From Candidatus Poribacteria bacterium (lineage in GTDB: Bacteria; Poribacteria; WGA-4E; WGA-3G): a DNA stretch of 64,000 nt. The DNA lies in the NCBI GenBank assembly GCA_965215265.1, contig OZ244048.1, positions 2,816,001 through 2,880,000 of the forward strand. Reading direction: 5' to 3'. A model generated the notes under the pieces. The model was given only the letters and a program-made list of their open reading frames with translations, was not told the DNA's origin and made no database searches. A program made the translations under genes and the position numbers. This document shows, piece by piece, positions 59,280-64,000 of the stretch. Numbering within the stretch: the first letter of the stretch is position 1; each line of letters starts with the position of its first letter.

Positions 59280-61232
59280 TCATTGCAGCGCAATCAACAC
59301 CGGCTCAACCCCCTGCGTCTCTTGAATACGCTGCTTGAGAGGCTCTGCCTCGTGTCGTTCCGGGAATGTTCCAATCAGTACTCGATGCATCGTTGCCGCG
59401 TTAATTGTAACGGTCCGGATTTCTATTTTTTCTTCCGGATGCAAAAGCCGTAAATCATCGACCAGCATCTCTGCATTACTGCGAAGCGCAAAGGAACCTA
59501 CCATCAGAGTAAACTTAGCTTGCATTTGTCGAGGCTGCTGCGGCTGTAGTGTGAGTTGCTGAACACTTCGGTTTCCTGCACCGTCTTGAATGCTCAGCCT
59601 ACAAGTATACGTTTCCTCCGGATGCTGCTGTACCTTCATTAAAACTACCTCTTCTGGCGGTGCACCGTTACCTTTCATCTGTTCAATCTGTGTGTTATTC
59701 ACATCCAAAAGTTCAAGTTCCCAGCTGGCGATCGAATTGCTATTCGACGTTTTAATGCCGACAGTGGCTAGAGCGTTTTTCTGAAAGAGTTCTACCGTCG
59801 CAGGCATCAGGTCTACCCTAATTTTCGTGCGATCTCTTAAGGCGGATTTGCCGGTTTGTGCGGGCGTAACATGCAGCTGCACCTCGTACTCTCCATCAAT
59901 CACCACTTTGCCGCTGTTCGTAGTCCCTTTCCAGACAACTCCTTCGGGCGGTGGTGAACCTTCTCCAGATTGCTCCCAAACGGCTTCAGTATACTCATCA
60001 CGAATAGTCAAATGCCACTTATCATTCTTCGCGACCTCGAATCGGAATGCAGTACTATCTGTAACGCCATCGTTGTTCGGTGAAATTGTGCGTTCGGTGA
60101 GTTGCAATAGTCCGCCTTTTGCCGTTGTCTCAGCAACCGTATCTGTCTCAAGTGTGGCTGGCATTAAAATCGGAAAACCTTCCGTTTCAGCAGCAGTCTC
60201 GCTCGAGGTAGTTTCCGACTGACTGCCTCCCCAACGCAACGTCGCAGAAATCCAGTGCAATCCTTCTGCCAATTCACTCCCATTCACATAAGCATAATCC
60301 ACTTGCCCGATTGAGTTACGTAAACTCGCTCCGCGTGTCCATTCACCGCCTCCGAACCTCTCTACAGCAGTTAAAGCCGTATACCCGGTTCGCACTCCGA
60401 AGTGACCGTTGAAAAACCATCTTTCAGCACCGAGGTGCAACCGAAAACGTTCATTCTGTTCTAGTTGATTCTGTGCATAGTGAACCAAATCTGCCGAAAG
60501 GAGTGTGTAGATGTCCCATTTATACATGAGTCCAGCCCGAGCGGCTACCGGTGCTTGCTCGATCAAAACGCCATCTACCTGAATATCATTGCTTAACTCA
60601 GAAAGAGTTACCCCCATTCGAACCGAATCGCCTCGCTCTTCTAGAGGATACGTCCACTGTAGCCCGACATCCGTGCTCCAGAGGAAGTTAGTTCGGATCG
60701 GATCGCTGTTCTGATAATAACGGAGGTTCGCCCCTGCGGAAACCTGTTCGTTAAGAGCAATCCCGTATCCTAACAATACGATCTGGGTAACTTCAGGCGT
60801 TGGGACCGAAGACACAGCACCCGTCTCACCTGCTATAGACAGTTCATCATTATAAGTTCCGTCGGCAAACGCTGGAATTCCCCAACCATCAATCCAAGAG
60901 GCAAAGGACAAATTCCCTATATTTCTCTCTGTTAATCCGAGTGCACTCGGACTCGCCATAACTGAAAACGCGCCATCTCTGCCTGATGTACTACCTGTAG
61001 TAGGCACACCCCCGAACGTAAACTCTAAACCATCCATAAATCCGAGCGATGACGGATTCCACAAAAAAGCGTTGTTCGTTGAAGGAGCAGCAGTGAACGC
61101 ACTTCCCATGCCTACTGCACGTGCACTGGAACCGACAAAAATATCGCGATACCCCAAGCTTGAGGCATCCACTAAACTCGGAAGCAAGCATATTGCGAGT
61201 AAACCGATTATGTTTAGATTTTTTAGATGCAT
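59280..61232 (-). CDS. PorV-like barrel fused to FlgD-Ig-like domain(s) and a C-terminal SPOR domain
   Basis: SARAVGMGSAFTA..FLWNPSSL; ISPNNDGVTD..WKG..DGEY; VGSF...NAE..HRVLIGTF. Confidence 0.75.
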   Translation of the reverse strand: MHLKNLNIIGLLAICLLPSLVDASSLGYRDIFVGSSARAVGMGSAFTAAPSTNNAFLWNPSSLGFMDGLEFTFGGVPTTGSTSGRDGAFSVMASPSALGLTERNIGNLSFASWIDGWGIPAFADGTYNDELSIAGETGAVSSVPTPEVTQIVLLGYGIALNEQVSAGANLRYYQNSDPIRTNFLWSTDVGLQWTYPLEERGDSVRMGVTLSELSNDIQVDGVLIEQAPVAARAGLMYKWDIYTLLSADLVHYAQNQLEQNERFRLHLGAERWFFNGHFGVRTGYTALTAVERFGGGEWTRGASLRNSIGQVDYAYVNGSELAEGLHWISATLRWGGSQSETTSSETAAETEGFPILMPATLETDTVAETTAKGGLLQLTERTISPNNDGVTDSTAFRFEVAKNDKWHLTIRDEYTEAVWEQSGEGSPPPEGVVWKGTTNSGKVVIDGEYEVQLHVTPAQTGKSALRDRTKIRVDLMPATVELFQKNALATVGIKTSNSNSIASWELELLDVNNTQIEQMKGNGAPPEEVVLMKVQQHPEETYTCRLSIQDGAGNRSVQQLTLQPQQPRQMQAKFTLMVGSFALRSNAEMLVDDLRLLHPEEKIEIRTVTINAATMHRVLIGTFPERHEAEPLKQRIQETQGVEPVLIALQ

Positions 61233-61550
61233 TAGAGACTCCTGTTTTTTTTAGGCATAAAATTTCCTTTTTAATTTAACGTTCAATTCGCACAAACGGG
61301 TACAAAAGACTTCATTCCGCTAGCATGTTTTGCCATGATAAGTCAGATTTACGGGTTCCCTTTCCGCACTAGATGTCCGGTTCACGGAGTGTGGCGGCAG
61401 CATCTGCAGTTATAACGTTGCTTTTAGTTAACGACACCGTTTTTGACGACGGGCAGGTATTGACATCGTTGACCTGTCAGGAGATGTGGTTGACGAAACG
61501 CCCAGTTCGCATTTTTTTTGCAGAAAATGTTAAAAAATGATGATTTCTCC

Positions 61551-61814
61551 GAAAAAACAGGTCTTTTGTTCGACCCGGCTTGCTTTTTTTTACGTCTTGA
61601 TAAGAAGAATGGTGATTTCTTGTCAAAAAAAGCGCTTTTTCTGAAAAAACGGGTCTTTTGTTCGACCCGGCTTGCATTTTCCTACGTCTTGTTATTATGA
61701 AAGGCGCAGGAAAATACGAGCGAAAAATCGCCAAATGTGAAAAAAACGGGAACTCCCCGCGACAAACTTAACCCGTTTTTAGGCGGCGGGACCTGTCTCA
61801 CTTTTTCCTACGTC
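61551..61814 (+). promoter_or_regulatory. direct repeats carrying three putative ECF promoters (GACC-N17-CGTC)
   Basis: Sites at 61572-61596, 61664-61688 and 61790-61814; the first two lie in a repeat with 92-bp period. Confidence 0.6.
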
Positions 61815-61845
61815 GTAATAATATCACTTGGAACCTTAAACTTTG

Positions 61846-62415
61846 ATGGCTGATTCAGACGCTCACTTCCTTGAACGCATCCAAAAGGGTGACGATACCG
61901 CCCTCGTGGCACTCATTGAAAGGTATAAACCTTTGATGATGACTATCGTGCGCGGTGAGGTACCGGCTTATGCGGTAGAGGATGTGTATTTAGATGCGCG
62001 CGCGGCGATTGTGGGCCGCCGGTTTCGCAGGGATCCCAACGGCATCCGTGAAGTGTCGCAGTGGGTGAAGCAGGTGACGCGGAGCAAGTGTCTCGAGTTC
62101 GGGCGGCAGCTTGCTAAAGAACAGGAAGTGCATGCTATCGCCATAGATATCCGGTGGGACGCAGAGGAGCGAGAGTCACGCCGGCACCTGTCGGGCGATA
62201 TGCCTGATGAGGAAGAGGCGATGAGAGTTATTAAGAGGCTGGGTTCGAAGTATGTAGAAGTGACGGTATTGCGTGCGGCGGGTTACACGTTGTCGGAGAT
62301 AGGCAAACGGCTGAGAATACCAAAGGACACGGTGAAGTCACGTTGGTGGAAGATTCGGCAGCGTGTTCATGAACATTTCGGGGTGCCGTTTCCGCCGAAA
62401 AACGAGAAGCCCTAA
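61846..62415 (+). CDS. ECF-type sigma-70 factor (divergent)
   Basis: GDDTALVALIERY, VEDVY, region 4 GYTLSEIGKRLRIPKDTVKSR. Confidence 0.85.
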   Translation: MADSDAHFLERIQKGDDTALVALIERYKPLMMTIVRGEVPAYAVEDVYLDARAAIVGRRFRRDPNGIREVSQWVKQVTRSKCLEFGRQLAKEQEVHAIAIDIRWDAEERESRRHLSGDMPDEEEAMRVIKRLGSKYVEVTVLRAAGYTLSEIGKRLRIPKDTVKSRWWKIRQRVHEHFGVPFPPKNEKP

Positions 62416-62442
62416 CGCGCAATTCAGGCAACTTCAGGTTTA

Positions 62443-62468
62443 TCCCTTTTTTGGACTCAAAAAAGGGA
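62443..62468. terminator. hairpin after the ECF gene
   Basis: TCCCTTTTTTG-GACT-CAAAAAAGGGA. Confidence 0.55.
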
Positions 62469-62703
62469 ATGTATGTTCACTTTCGTTGATTTGTTGAAGT
62501 TAAGGTGGAAGATGTGATAAGATGAGTCACGTCTCCTAGGAATTGAGAGGTGTGCCGAGGATGTCACTAGCAATCCTTATTTTGTGACACTCTTGGGGTT
62601 AGCACCTTACAGGGACGGATTGCCAAGAACGCAAAACACGCAGACAGAAACCCACCTTTGCCTTCTAGATAGCAATCCCCCGAAATATAAAGGAGAAAAC
62701 TTG

Positions 62704-63111
62704 ATGAAATTTTCTGTCTGTCAGATATTCGCAATCGTCCTAATCTTTGGCTTATTGTTCACTTCAGCAATAGCTCCAACGCTTCCTCTTGCTACAGCTC
62801 ATACGGAGTATGAAACTATAACCACGCAAAAGGAAGTAATGCGGGAGGTTACGACAGTCGAGGTTCGAGGCGTATATGAAATACATGATCAATGGGATAG
62901 TTCCACCAGACAGTATATTAAAGTGAAGGTACGCACCGGCACGATAACTACGACCTCTAAGGATCTGGTGGGTACCGGCACCTACACGACTGAAACAGTT
63001 ACTAGGCAGAAAGAGCATACTCACTGGTACACAAACCCCGCAGTGCTTACTACTGCAATTGGTACTGTGGGCGCCATCGCTACAGTAATTATTAGCAGCA
63101 ATGGTAATTAA
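62704..63111 (+). CDS. small secreted Thr-rich protein with C-terminal hydrophobic helix
   Basis: AAGGAG RBS, signal peptide ending ATA-H. Confidence 0.75.
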   Translation: MKFSVCQIFAIVLIFGLLFTSAIAPTLPLATAHTEYETITTQKEVMREVTTVEVRGVYEIHDQWDSSTRQYIKVKVRTGTITTTSKDLVGTGTYTTETVTRQKEHTHWYTNPAVLTTAIGTVGAIATVIISSNGN

Positions 63112-63165
63112 ATTCTAACGATGGGCACATTGATTCGGTGCCTCAACGTATGTGCAAGTCAATAC

Positions 63166-63211
63166 AAGGAAGGATTTGAAAATGAAAAGGAAGGATTTGA
63201 AAATGAAAAGG
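63166..63211 (+). repeat. 21-bp tandem duplication of RBS plus start codon
   Basis: (AAGGAAGGATTTGAAAATGAA)x2. Confidence 0.9.
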
Positions 63212-63451
63212 TTTCTACTCTGGACACTCATCGTGCTGATTTCTGCAAGTGTTTTGGGGTGTTCCGCTCCTGTCCAGCAATTATCCGAGATGGAACCTAT
63301 AGCACAGACACAACCTAATCCTCCCAAGGCTAAAACAACTTGGTACGATACGCAGACAGCAAACCATATAGCTTATGGTGTTACAGTCGTCGCTGCTGGC
63401 ATATGCCTAGGATACCTAATAGGTTCAATAATAAATTGTGCAAACAACTAA
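63203..63451 (+). CDS. small lipoprotein with C-terminal hydrophobic helix
   Basis: MKRFLLW..VLGC lipobox; alternative ATG at 63182. Confidence 0.7.
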   Translation: MKRFLLWTLIVLISASVLGCSAPVQQLSEMEPIAQTQPNPPKAKTTWYDTQTANHIAYGVTVVAAGICLGYLIGSIINCANN

Positions 63452-63459
63452 CCCTTGTT

Positions 63460-63494
63460 CAGGTAGGCATAGTTTTTTTACCGATGTCTACCTG
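63460..63494. terminator. intergenic hairpin
   Basis: CAGGTAGGCAT...ATGTCTACCTG. Confidence 0.4.
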
Positions 63495-63511
63495 ACTTCT
63501 TCTCTCATCAA

Positions 63512-64000
63512 ATGAGGAATATCCAATTGAAGTCAATAAAAAAGTTTGCCTTAAGTCTTCTAATAGTTATTGTTGTTTTTAGTTTTGCTACAGTTTTATT
63601 GTTGACCTTATTTAGGGATTTGAAGGATCCACGGCAAATGAATAAAATGGAAACAGCGGCACAGCATCTGCACCCGCACGCTGACAGCATACCTAACACC
63701 CTCACTAGGGCTTTAGAAGCAGAACAGAACACTCCGGAAAACGAAGTGGAATCTCCCACAAATGATAAAGGCGAAACGCAAGTAAAAGGTTTCCTTGAGT
63801 CTTTTAAACCTATAATAGACCTTCGAGACACAGACACCGCACTCGCGCAGAAAAAGTTGCACGCCATCGCAGAAGAACTTGGAAATGGAGACCCAGAATG
63901 GACAGAATACTTCCATCTTACAGGACACAGCCTATTGGCGCAACCCGCCGGAGAACCCCCAGGGGCATATCTGGCTCTAGAAGACGCAGTGTGTTACTTT
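63512..64000 (+). CDS. membrane-anchored hypothetical protein, runs off the window end
   Basis: Open frame from ATG 63512 (MRNIQLKSIKKFALSLLIV...) to the window end; N-terminal TM. Confidence 0.75.
   Translation, partial: MRNIQLKSIKKFALSLLIVIVVFSFATVLLLTLFRDLKDPRQMNKMETAAQHLHPHADSIPNTLTRALEAEQNTPENEVESPTNDKGETQVKGFLESFKPIIDLRDTDTALAQKKLHAIAEELGNGDPEWTEYFHLTGHSLLAQPAGEPPGAYLALEDAVCYF

Noticed and set aside
61322-61337. Possible sigma54 site upstream of the PorV-SPOR gene (TGGCAAAACATGCT)
   Set aside because: GG-to-GC spacing is 8 nt, not 10.
61477-61734. 85-aa minus-strand ORF, or a CRISPR-like array, in the repeat region
   Set aside because: Only two long copies plus a motif-only third, no unique spacer series and no cas genes; the ORF just reflects the repeat.

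Overview
Bacterial chromosomal window, probably Candidatus Poribacteria. This is inferred from gene content: three sulfatases, three PhyH dioxygenases, a LamG protein with a 'KLATxWGxIK' tail and proteins with FlgD-Ig/T9SS-CTD-like domains. Housekeeping blocks are rpoZ, tRNA-Thr/Tyr/Gly/Thr, rpmG, tRNA-Trp, secE, nusG and rplKAJL (no tuf, no rpoBC), a hemE-(MBL/TPR)-hemH-hemY-pentaheme cytochrome cluster, mqnC and a PpiD-like isomerase. The rest is largely catabolic oxidoreductases and hydrolases. Most notable: (i) a putative operon of a 2101-aa surface protein with a T9SS-CTD-like tail, a PorV-like barrel and a LysM protein, with a sigma54-type promoter, plus a second PorV-like/Ig/SPOR fusion; (ii) a structured non-coding motif in two divergent intergenic copies (482-588 and 7465-7558); (iii) an ECF sigma factor preceded by three GACC-N17-CGTC sites and followed by small exported proteins; (iv) a degenerate AccA-like protein and an RDD-PspA fusion; (v) three accessory genes broken by small indels or a nonsense codon. 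No CRISPR array, rRNA or transposase was seen. All family assignments come from motif recognition by eye; no database searches were run.
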